Shown here: positions 9,224 to 17,154 of the stretch, in pieces
How positions within the stretch are numbered: the stretch's first letter is position 1
Layout of the letters: every line of letters starts with the position of its first letter
Assembly (NCBI GenBank): GCA_023511535.1
Contig: JAIMBK010000007.1
Coordinates: 3,866 to 67,865 of the forward strand
From: Armatimonadota bacterium
Lineage (GTDB): Bacteria; Bacillota; Desulfotomaculia; Desulfotomaculales; Nap2-2B
Direction of reading: 5' to 3'
Length of the DNA stretch: 64,000 nucleotides
Notes under the pieces: model-generated
Database searches by the model: none
What the model was told of the DNA's origin: nothing
What the model saw: the letters and a program-made list of their open reading frames with translations, nothing else
Position numbers and translations under genes: made by a program

Positions 9224-10162
9224 TTAGAGAGTCGACACGGCTGTGATCGTCCAGGCTTGCGGATCGTCGTTGCCCATCAGCTGGCAACCTTCGGGGCAAA
9301 AGGTGGTGAACTGCCACGCTTCCTGCGCCTCGGTCAGGTCGTACTCTTTTACCTCTCCGTTCTCGTGCGTGACGGTAATCCCGCCGACATCACCAGTTGC
9401 CAGCCTGTCTACCGTGGCCTGCAGCCTGGGCACGATTACGTTGTAGTTGTTGTAGAGGAAGTGGTCGCCCCGCTTCATGCCGTTCGGGCAAAGGGCCGCG
9501 CTCTGGATCTGGCCTTCCCTGACCAGGTCGCTGTCGGGGCCGACGCCGAGCACGATACGGTAGACGAGGTCGGGGTTGCCGAAAGTATCGTTCTCCTCTA
9601 AGTCACTAAAATCCCAACTGCTGCCGTCATGTCCGGCGCCGACCATCAGGACGTTGACGCCCGCCTCGACAGCAACTTTCCTCATGTACGGCTGGCTGCT
9701 TTCCGTTCCGTGATAATCCGGGTCGACAGCTGTGGAGAGGTTGAGGTTGTACACCTCGGTGATCCCCAGATCGACGAGTTCTGTCGCCTCCTCCGCCGTC
9801 AGCGCGTGCAGGTGCAGGTGAACCATGTTATCCATATCTCTGGACAAAGCTTCTTTTCCGGTGTCCTTGTTGTTGTCGTCGACGCTCGGCTTTTCATAAC
9901 CGGCAGCCGTTTCGGTGACCAGGTTCGTCAGGCGGCTGGGCAACTGCCCTTTGCTCTCCACGTAAGCCGCCAGGACCTGGCGCAGCCGTTGCTGGTTGGT
10001 GTCGCAAATGGCGTCCCCCGAGCCGCTGGCCACGTTGGCCAGGCGGGGAGCGATCATGGCCACCAGGAAGCCCATGATGGCGATGACGATGATCAGCTCG
10101 ATCAGCGTGAAGCCGCCCTGACCTTTCACCCTTTGCAGCAAGCCCTTGATTTTCTTCCTCAT
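9224..10162 (-). CDS. Major type IV pilin/pseudopilin, unusually large (about 312 aa prepilin)
   Basis: ATG 10162 after GAAGGGAG; basic leader then GG|FTLIELIIVIAIMGFLVAMIAP with E+5; first structural gene of the operon. Confidence 0.88.
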   Translation of the reverse strand: MRKKIKGLLQRVKGQGGFTLIELIIVIAIMGFLVAMIAPRLANVASGSGDAICDTNQQRLRQVLAAYVESKGQLPSRLTNLVTETAAGYEKPSVDDNNKDTGKEALSRDMDNMVHLHLHALTAEEATELVDLGITEVYNLNLSTAVDPDYHGTESSQPYMRKVAVEAGVNVLMVGAGHDGSSWDFSDLEENDTFGNPDLVYRIVLGVGPDSDLVREGQIQSAALCPNGMKRGDHFLYNNYNVIVPRLQATVDRLATGDVGGITVTHENGEVKEYDLTEAQEAWQFTTFCPEGCQLMGNDDPQAWTITAVSTL

Positions 10163-10242
10163 CGGTATCTCCCTTCTTGTTTTGGTTTCCAAGAAGGGTT
10201 CACCCGCAGAACCGTCCTTCCTGGTCAGTTAATCAATAATTA

Positions 10243-10332
10243 TTACTCGACAGCCCGGCCGCCTTAGCTTGCCGCTTCAGGCCCGCCGGCTTTGCGCCCC
10301 TGCCTCCCGGCGGGTTTGCCCTGATCGAGTAA
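10243..10332 (-). ncRNA. c-di-GMP-I (GEMM-I) family riboswitch
   Basis: Minus strand TTACTCGATCAGGGCAAACCCGCCGGGAGGCAGGGGCGCAAAGCC...GGCGGCCGGGCTGTCGAGTAA: GGCAAAC, GNRA loop, GCGCAAAGC, P1 TTACTCGA/TCGAGTAA. Confidence 0.9.
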
Positions 10333-10522
10333 ACCCAGGCCCCGCGCCTGCGTTCAGGCTCGAAAAAACAAGCCCTTTTTCGCCTGCCCTTAAAGCAGGC
10401 TTACCCGCCGCTCACCACCTCCTTCGTCCGGCCGGGGGGATTTCACCCGCAGAAAACCACCCCGCAAATATTTAAGGATTATTTTTCCCCAGGCCCCGCG
10501 CCTGTGCAGAGAGACAATCTTT

Positions 10523-10571
10523 GAGGATGATTCTCATTTTCATTTTAGATCCACCAATTTCTTTTTGTCAA
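10523..10571 (-). promoter_or_regulatory. Sigma-A promoter with overlapping Fur-type box upstream of the pilin leader
   Basis: TTGACA (10571-10566), 18-nt spacer, TAAAAT (10547-10542); GAAAATGAGAATCATCCTC matches 15/19 of GATAATGATAATCATTATC. Confidence 0.75.
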
Positions 10572-10849
10572 TACCTGTTTTTTAATCCCGCTTCTTCCGG
10601 CTCGCTGCCAGGGCGCTCAACTTCGGCCACAGCCTGAACCAGCCTGTTTACTTCGCCAGGAGAAGGCGCGGTCCGGCCGGGATAATCCACCACATAGCGG
10701 TACTGCTTGCCGCAGTGGATGATGACTTCTTTCTGGCCCTTCTTCAAGATCTTCATCTCGACCTTCATCTCGCCGAATCCGTCGTGGCGGAAAAGGATTT
10801 CGTTGAGTTGCTGGATTTTCGCCAGGACCATTTCATTGGTATGCTTCAT
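10568..10849 (-). CDS. Small conserved-looking hypothetical protein (93 aa)
   Basis: ATG 10849 after GGAGGT; core HDGFGEMKVEMKILKKGQKEVIIHCGKQYRYVVDY; directly behind a consensus promoter. Confidence 0.75.
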   Translation of the reverse strand: MKHTNEMVLAKIQQLNEILFRHDGFGEMKVEMKILKKGQKEVIIHCGKQYRYVVDYPGRTAPSPGEVNRLVQAVAEVERPGSEPEEAGLKNRY

Positions 10850-10906
10850 AAATACCTCCGCCGTTCCTGACCGAACCGGATGTGATTTATCCAAACCCGC
10901 TTTCAT

Positions 10907-10976
10907 GAGTACGATTATCATTTTCAATGAATATGACTTTCATTATCATTCTACCTTATCAACTCTCCTCTGTCAA
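10907..10976 (-). promoter_or_regulatory. Sigma-A promoter followed by two tandem Fur-type boxes
   Basis: TTGACA (10976-10971), 17-nt spacer, TAGAAT (10953-10948); Fur-like 19-mers at 10929-10947 (14/19) and 10907-10925 (15/19). Confidence 0.8.
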
Positions 10977-11579
10977 GACCAGTTTTAGAAATTTTTTTCA
11001 GGACCACCTCCCGGAACACAAGCGCCAACACCCACCGGCACTTCTCCCCGGAACACCGAAACCAACGCTCCGCGGACAGAAAAGGCCCGCAGGGGACTGG
11101 TTCTTTGAGCTTTTTTAGCTTAATCCGGGCCGGCCCGGCCGGCGAACAGAAAACCGGGGCGGCAAGAACGGGACAACATATTTTGCCTGCCGTTTACCAG
11201 ATCATCCATCTCCTGATTTTATTGAACTCCGGGCCGGGGTTTTTTATTTTAAGCTAATCATAACCAGAAGCCGACCACTATTATTGAACGGTTATATACC
11301 TGTGGCAGAAATCCAATATATCAGGCAAAAGGAACTCCTGGGGCCTGGTCATGCGTTGTTATGCGCAAATGTTTTGTAAACAATTTTAACAAGGGGGAGG
11401 TGGTATTTACGGCAGGAGTTGGAAAATGATTAGTTACAGGTGGTTAAAGCGGACGTACAGGTGTTAGTTGGCTGCATAAAGTATTTAAGGAAGGATCTCG
11501 GGTGTGCGTTGTTCTTACACAACGCAGGCAGTAATGCCTGAATAAAAGTAGGCGCAAGGCTGACGAACTATGCAAAGTA

Positions 11580-11600
11580 GCCCGGCCCCGCCGGGCTTTT
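11580..11600 (+). repeat. 21-bp direct repeat copy 1 (terminator-like) flanking vapBC
   Basis: gcccggccccgccgggctttt identical to 12306-12326. Confidence 0.85.
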
Positions 11601-11624
11601 GGGATGGAATTGCACTTCCTCCTG

Positions 11625-11653
11625 TTGTCAGAAATAAATTCTTGCGTTATACT
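11625..11653 (+). promoter_or_regulatory. Sigma-A promoter of the TA operon
   Basis: TTGTCA-N17-TATACT. Confidence 0.7.
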
Positions 11654-11676
11654 GAGGTAAAGGCGGGTGATTCGGA

Positions 11677-11907
11677 ATGGACACGATGCCGATCAGGCAG
11701 GAAATATTAAAAGAAATCGACTGTTTGCCCCCTCACATTCAAAAGCGCGTACTCGATTTTGCCCGGATTCTTAGGTCCACCCTTTACGAGGGAGTGCCCG
11801 GTAGGGACTTGCTTCGTTTTGCCGGGTCTATTTCGCCGGCGGAAGGAGAGTTGATGAACCGGGCTATTGAGGAAGCGTGCGAACAGGTTGATCCAGGTGA
11901 GTGGTAA
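11677..11907 (+). CDS. Antitoxin (DUF2281-like) of a type II TA pair
   Basis: 76 aa, IDCLPPHIQKRVLDFARIL; overlaps the downstream PIN toxin. Confidence 0.75.
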   Translation: MDTMPIRQEILKEIDCLPPHIQKRVLDFARILRSTLYEGVPGRDLLRFAGSISPAEGELMNRAIEEACEQVDPGEW

Positions 11908-12286
11908 GTATCTTCTGGATACAAACATTATCGTTGCTCTCTTCGCCGGAGACGGTTCCGTTCAGGAAAAACTGGCGGGAGCAAGCAGGGTGTTCGTGCC
12001 CAGTATTGTCTTGGGGGAGTTGTACTACGGCGCCCGAAAATCCGGCCAAACAGAGAAAAACCTTGCGCGGCTGGAGGAGTTCGCGGCCAGTAGCGCGGTG
12101 ACTGCCTGCGACGCGGGCACGGCGCGCGAATACGGCATAATCAAAGACCAGTTACGAAAGAAGGGGCGGCCCATTCCCGAAAATGATATCTGGATTGCGG
12201 CTATCGTCCGGCAACACGATTTCGTTTTGGTAACGAGAGACAATCATTTTTCTGAAATTGAAGATCTGAAAACGGAAAAATGGTAA
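11897..12286 (+). CDS. vapC: VapC PIN-domain ribonuclease toxin
   Basis: GTG start 11897; YLLDTNII, GELYYG, GRPIPENDIWIAA, LVTRDNHF. Confidence 0.93.
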   Translation: MSGKYLLDTNIIVALFAGDGSVQEKLAGASRVFVPSIVLGELYYGARKSGQTEKNLARLEEFAASSAVTACDAGTAREYGIIKDQLRKKGRPIPENDIWIAAIVRQHDFVLVTRDNHFSEIEDLKTEKW

Positions 12287-12305
12287 CATGTATATTGGCA
12301 AAAGC

Positions 12306-12330
12306 GCCCGGCCCCGCCGGGCTTTTTTGT
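12306..12330 (+). terminator. Rho-independent terminator; direct repeat copy 2
   Basis: gcccgg-ccc-g-ccgggc hairpin followed by a T run. Confidence 0.8.
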
Positions 12331-12386
12331 TTTGCAGGCAGGGCCACGCAGGGTTTTCCGGTCGGAAAAATGTCCCGAGGATGATT

Positions 12387-12447
12387 TTAACATTTAGTTA
12401 ACAGATAATTAACCGGGTGAAAAACTGGCCTTAAAATAGCTTTAATC
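12387..12447 (+). promoter_or_regulatory. PhoP-type Pho box array
   Basis: TTAACA 12387, TTAACA 12398, TTAACC 12409, TTAAAA 12431, TTAATC 12442 in 11-bp register, upstream of an alkaline phosphatase. Confidence 0.75.
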
Positions 12448-12518
12448 TTTGGCTGCTAAAATTGGATTGCTTAATGTCGGTCGAAGACGTCGAATTTTCT
12501 AAGCAGGGAGGAAGGCAA

Positions 12519-14150
12519 ATGCGGGAGGAAAAATTAAAAATTGTTCGCGGCGCAGTTTTTCTGCTGGTGGCGCTTTTTTTCGGCGCGGTTATTTTAGGGG
12601 GCTGTACTGGCGATTCGGGGCGAAGTGACCGGGCGGAAACCTATAAAGGGGAGCCGGCGAAATACGTTTTTTTGTTCATTGGCGACGGCATGGGGATGCC
12701 CCAGATTAACGCCGCAGAAATTTTTTTAGGGGCCACGGCGAAAAAGGAGTACCCGCACCTGGAAAAGCTCGGCTTTACCCAATTTCCTTCTCAGGGGATG
12801 ATGACCACCTACGCGGCCGACAGTTTCATCACTGATTCGGCTTCGGCCATCACGGCGATGGCGGCGGGACACAAAACGAACGACGGCGTGATTAACATGG
12901 ACCCGGGCAAAAAAGTAAAATACAAGAGCGTTGCGGAAATGGCCCGGGATAAAGGGATGAAGGTGGGGATAGTCTCCAGCGTTTCGATCGACCACGCCAC
13001 GCCGGCCGGTTTTTACGCCCACCAGCCCAGCCGCAATAATTATTACGCGATTGCGCAGGAACTGGTGGCCAGTAATTTTGACTTTTTTGGCGGCGGGGGC
13101 TTCAAGCAGCCGCAAGGGAGTGACGGCAAGCAGCAAGATGTCCTCGCCCTGGCCAGAAGCAAGGGGTACAAAGTAATAAATAAAGCGGAGGAAATAAAAG
13201 CCTTAAAACCGGGGGACGGCAAAGTGATCGCGATTAACCCGGTTTTAGACAAAGAAAAAGCCCTAACTTACGCAATAAATGCCCTGCGCGGGCAAGACCC
13301 GGGGCTTTCCCTGGCGGAGTACACCGCAAAGGCAATTGAAATGCTGGACAACCCGAAAGGCTTTTTCCTGATGGTGGAGGGCGGGAAAATAGACTGGGCC
13401 TGCCACGCCAACGACGCCGCCACCGCTATCCACGATACGCTTGATTTTGACCGGGCCGTGGCGGAAGCTGTCGAGTTTTCCAAAAAACATCCGAAGGAGA
13501 CCTTGATTGTTGTTACGGGCGACCACGAGTGCGGCGGGATGACCCTCGGGTTTGCCGGCACCAAATACGAGACCTATTTCGATCTGCTGGCGCACCAAAA
13601 AATATCTTACGATGAGTTCGATCTGCTTGTGGAGCGCTACCGTCGGGAGCATACCGCGGAAAACGCGAAAATCGAGGACTGGTTGCCGGCGCTCAAGGAA
13701 AACTTTGGTTTGGAAGGGCTGTCCGGGAAGGACCGGGAGGAGTTGGTCAATAAAGCAAAAGCCGGGGATCGGGAAGCCGCCTCCCGCCTGCGCCTGGTTT
13801 TGGCTCCGGAAGAAGTGGAAGACCTGAAAAAAGCGCTGGCGCTCAGTATGCTGGAAAAGAAGGAGCGGCCCCAGGACGCCAGAACGTACCTTCTTTACGG
13901 TGGCTACGAACCATTAACGGTTACCGTGACCCACATTTTAAACCAAAAGGTGGGCATCGGCTGGACCAGTTACTCGCACACGGGAGTGCCGATCCCGGTT
14001 TACGCCGTCGGGGCGGGCGCCGAAATGTTCAGCGGCTATTACGATAATACCGATTTGTATAAAAAAATGTGCCTGGCCCTGGGGTTCGACCCGGCCCGGG
14101 AAAATGTCCTGGCCTTTTTGCCCGGAAAAGCAAAAATGCTGGCGGCGTAA
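12519..14150 (+). CDS. Alkaline phosphatase (PhoA family), lipoprotein
   Basis: ATG 12519 after GGGAGG; lipobox LGGC; FIGDGMG, TDSAS (catalytic Ser), HATPA, MVEGGKIDWACHAND, TGDHE, SHTG. Confidence 0.92.
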   Translation: MREEKLKIVRGAVFLLVALFFGAVILGGCTGDSGRSDRAETYKGEPAKYVFLFIGDGMGMPQINAAEIFLGATAKKEYPHLEKLGFTQFPSQGMMTTYAADSFITDSASAITAMAAGHKTNDGVINMDPGKKVKYKSVAEMARDKGMKVGIVSSVSIDHATPAGFYAHQPSRNNYYAIAQELVASNFDFFGGGGFKQPQGSDGKQQDVLALARSKGYKVINKAEEIKALKPGDGKVIAINPVLDKEKALTYAINALRGQDPGLSLAEYTAKAIEMLDNPKGFFLMVEGGKIDWACHANDAATAIHDTLDFDRAVAEAVEFSKKHPKETLIVVTGDHECGGMTLGFAGTKYETYFDLLAHQKISYDEFDLLVERYRREHTAENAKIEDWLPALKENFGLEGLSGKDREELVNKAKAGDREAASRLRLVLAPEEVEDLKKALALSMLEKKERPQDARTYLLYGGYEPLTVTVTHILNQKVGIGWTSYSHTGVPIPVYAVGAGAEMFSGYYDNTDLYKKMCLALGFDPARENVLAFLPGKAKMLAA

Positions 14151-14194
14151 AAGCCGGGGCGCGTAATGATTGGAAATCAAGCGGAAATCAGAGG

Positions 14195-14223
14195 CAAAAC
14201 GGCGGGTCCTGCCCGCTGTTTTG
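14195..14223 (+). terminator. Stem-loop after the phosphatase
   Basis: caaaacggcggg...cccgctgttttg. Confidence 0.5.
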
Positions 14224-14422
14224 AAGAGGTGCTGTCGCCTGACTACCCGGACGGCGGTGGTCATTGGTCCCGGCGCAACAAGACGCCGCCGGTTTGCCAG
14301 CCCCGGCAGCATCTTGTTGCGCTTCCGGTCCCCGCAAGATTGCTCTTCGGGGAGCCGCCGCCCGGAGAGCGCCCGGTCCGGCGATGGTATCCATATCAAG
14401 GTAAAAGAGGCGGGGGAAGGAA

Positions 14423-15589
14423 ATGCGTTTTTTGCGGCCGGCCTTTCGGGGAGCGGAAGGAAAAGACCTTTTTTTTGCCGGCTTCATCGGGGCGGCCTGT
14501 ATTTTTTTGTTTTTCTTTCCCGCCGGCTTTTCCAATCCGCATCCTCAGGGGACCTGCCGGGCGCAGGGGCTGATTCTGGAAGTAGATAATTCTCACGTTC
14601 AAAAAATGGGCCTCGTCAATACCGGCGCGCAGGGATTAAAGGTGAAAATTTTAAGCGGCCCCTTTAAAGGGCGGACGGTGAACGCCGTTAACCATTTCAA
14701 GGGAATCCTGGAATTCGACAAGGTTTTTCAGGAAAATGACCGGGCGCTGATTGTGGTCGATTACGCCGGGGACGAGATTTTGCACGTCAATACCATTGAC
14801 CATTACCGTTTGCCCCAGGAAGCGGTCCTTTTTTTCCTGTTTCTGGCGATCCTTTTGGCCTTCGCCGGCTGGACCGGCGTAAAGGCGGCGCTTTCTTTTT
14901 TGTTTACCGTTCTTGTTATCTGGAAAATATTGTTGCCCGGCTTTCTCAAGGGGCTGGACCCGGTCTTTCTCGCTCTGGGCGTAGTAACCTTGCTTGTTTT
15001 TTGCATCTGTTTTCTGGTTGCCGGGTTATCTTTGCGGGGGGTGACGGCTTTCGCGGGCGCTCTTTCCGGTATTTTCCTGGCCTGTTTGCTGGCCGTTCTT
15101 TTCGGGAAAGGATTTAAGCTCCACGGGGCCGTGTTGCCTTTTACCGAGACCTTGCTTTATTCCGGCTACGGTCATCTGGACATCACCAGGATTTTTTTTG
15201 CCAGCGTTTTTATCGCCTGTTCCGGGGCCGTCACGGATGTTTCCGTGGACGTGGCCGCTTCAATCGCGGAGGTGGTAAGCAAAAAACCAGGCATTTCAAC
15301 CAGGGAAGCCGTTTCTTCCGGGCTTTCCGTTGCTCGGGCGGTGGTCGGCACCATGGCGACGACCTTGCTTCTGGCTTATTCGGGAAGCTACCTGGGCTTG
15401 TTGATGGTTTTTATTGCCCAGGGGACGCCGGTAACCAATATTTTAAATTTAAACTACGTGGCGGCCGAGTTAATGCATACCCTGGTGGGCAGTTTCGGGC
15501 TGGTGGTGGTGGGCCCGCTGACCGCGGTCATCGGCGGTTTTCTTTTCACCCGCCCGAGGGGCCCGGGCGGGGCGGGTAATTCTCATTAG
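14423..15589 (+). CDS. YibE/F family membrane protein
   Basis: Multiple TMs; SGAVTDVSVDVAASIAE, VVGTMATTLLLAYSG, VVGPLTA motifs. Confidence 0.85.
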   Translation: MRFLRPAFRGAEGKDLFFAGFIGAACIFLFFFPAGFSNPHPQGTCRAQGLILEVDNSHVQKMGLVNTGAQGLKVKILSGPFKGRTVNAVNHFKGILEFDKVFQENDRALIVVDYAGDEILHVNTIDHYRLPQEAVLFFLFLAILLAFAGWTGVKAALSFLFTVLVIWKILLPGFLKGLDPVFLALGVVTLLVFCICFLVAGLSLRGVTAFAGALSGIFLACLLAVLFGKGFKLHGAVLPFTETLLYSGYGHLDITRIFFASVFIACSGAVTDVSVDVAASIAEVVSKKPGISTREAVSSGLSVARAVVGTMATTLLLAYSGSYLGLLMVFIAQGTPVTNILNLNYVAAELMHTLVGSFGLVVVGPLTAVIGGFLFTRPRGPGGAGNSH

Positions 15590-15808
15590 CCAGGTTGCGG
15601 ATTGATTGAACGCTGTGATGACCTAAATCCCTTCCACGCATTCCCCAATGACGCTGCCCGCATGATTGCCCGCCTCCTACAAGCCTCGTACTGCCTATGG
15701 AAGCCTTTCATCATCACGGCAAGAAATACGCCCGCCACGGGGACGCAGCATGTTAAGACAATGACCAGACCGGGCCTCTTTGGGGGACGTTTAACTTACC
15801 CGGCGCAA

Positions 15809-16474
15809 TTAGCGATGTCCACGGACCCGGTTACGGGCCCAATGAAATACATTATCCAGGAATTTTTGTGTCTTTTTAACCACCCCGTAGCCGGCATGCA
15901 CATCGGGATCCAGGGTTGTTGCCAAAATAACTCCCGGCGGGCAAGTCACGCCGTCAAGGTAAACAAGATCCGCCTCTTCACCGTATTTCAGCAACACCTC
16001 CGCCCCTCCGGGGGCATGAAAGATACCATGAAAATGCCACTGCAAGTCTTCGATTTCCAGACCTTTAAATAAGGGGTGCTCCGGTTTAAGTAGCTTATAA
16101 GGCCTCCCGTCCAGTTTTCCTTTCTCCCAGACACACCTACCAGAACAATTTCGCGGATTTTGCCCGGTTTCGCAAAACTTAAAGCGGGGATCCTTTTGCT
16201 CCCAAACGCAACCGGGGAGCCACGGCCTGGTTACTTCACCAAAAGAGATAACCAGGCCGCCACTTTCCAGAAATCGGTTAATTTTATCCTTTACTGCGAA
16301 CAGCATTTCCTGATTGGATTCCCGGGGGATAACCAGCACATCAAAAATGGAAAAATCCTTTTTGGGTAAGTCGCACGCATGGATTATAAAGTCAAAAAAA
16401 GGACGATATTTTTCTGAGTGAAAAAGATCGGACTGCCATTTGCTGCCGGAGTAAATTACCGCGATCTTATTCAT
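15809..16474 (-). CDS. Uncharacterised cytoplasmic protein (possible class I GATase-like fold), paralog 2
   Basis: Paralogous to 16467..17123 (IYSG, FLExG, FGEVTRxWLPGCxW, HP...DLxWH); translationally coupled in the ABC operon. Confidence 0.7.
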   Translation of the reverse strand: MNKIAVIYSGSKWQSDLFHSEKYRPFFDFIIHACDLPKKDFSIFDVLVIPRESNQEMLFAVKDKINRFLESGGLVISFGEVTRPWLPGCVWEQKDPRFKFCETGQNPRNCSGRCVWEKGKLDGRPYKLLKPEHPLFKGLEIEDLQWHFHGIFHAPGGAEVLLKYGEEADLVYLDGVTCPPGVILATTLDPDVHAGYGVVKKTQKFLDNVFHWARNRVRGHR

Positions 16475-17123
16475 TCATCTTGCCCCCTTGCAACGCCGTT
16501 ATCTCGGCCTCTATCCAGGCCAAGACATTGTCAAAAAGAATCTCCGCCGCGGCTATTCCGTGATAAGCGTGGCAAATAGCGTCAAGCTGACTGGCGGCCA
16601 GAATAACACCTTTTGTGGTTTGCCGGTCTATATACATCACCGGATGACCAATTTCATTGGTAACCAGGATCTCGGCACGGGGCGGAACGACAAAATGCCC
16701 GTGACAGCACCAGCCCGTCGCGCCTTTATGCCAGTGGAGGTCTTGCGCTCTTAACCCCGCCAAAACCGGATGCCCTTTTTGGATCGCCAACGGACCGTCG
16801 TCCGCGGGAACCACCCCGTCCCAGCGGCATCCCGGCAACCATTGTCTGGTAACCTCGCCGAAAGTAACAACGATTTTTCCGGCCTCAAGAAATTCCCTGA
16901 TTTTTTCCCTTCCGGCGTACACCACTTCTTCATCTGTGCCCCGGGGAAAAATAAGGGCATCACAGGTCATCAGGTCTTCTTCCAAAAACCGGCAAACAGG
17001 CAGAATGATAAGTCTGTTCTTGTATTTGTCCTTTTCTAATACGCCCTGCTGGTAACTGATACCAGAATAAATCACACCAATTTTTACCTGCATTTGTTTC
17101 TTTACCGCCAATTTATCTGACAT
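16467..17123 (-). CDS. Uncharacterised cytoplasmic protein (possible class I GATase-like fold), paralog 1
   Basis: Same shared motifs; WHKGATGWCCHGHF His/Cys cluster. Confidence 0.7.
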   Translation of the reverse strand: MSDKLAVKKQMQVKIGVIYSGISYQQGVLEKDKYKNRLIILPVCRFLEEDLMTCDALIFPRGTDEEVVYAGREKIREFLEAGKIVVTFGEVTRQWLPGCRWDGVVPADDGPLAIQKGHPVLAGLRAQDLHWHKGATGWCCHGHFVVPPRAEILVTNEIGHPVMYIDRQTTKGVILAASQLDAICHAYHGIAAAEILFDNVLAWIEAEITALQGGKMNE

Positions 17124-17154
17124 TCTTCATCTCTCCAATCCCTGAATTTTACTT

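Noticed and set aside
14166-14589. ORFs 14166..14573 and 14170..14589 between the phosphatase and yibE/F
   Set aside because: They overlap a terminator-like hairpin and the yibE/F start in other frames, with no protein-like features
15602-15800. Possible degenerate Fic motif (FHAFPNDAARMIARLL) in ORF 15602..16072
   Set aside because: Lacks the GNGR core of HPFxDGNGR, has no RBS, and the ORF runs antisense into a real gene; too weak to call a pseudogene
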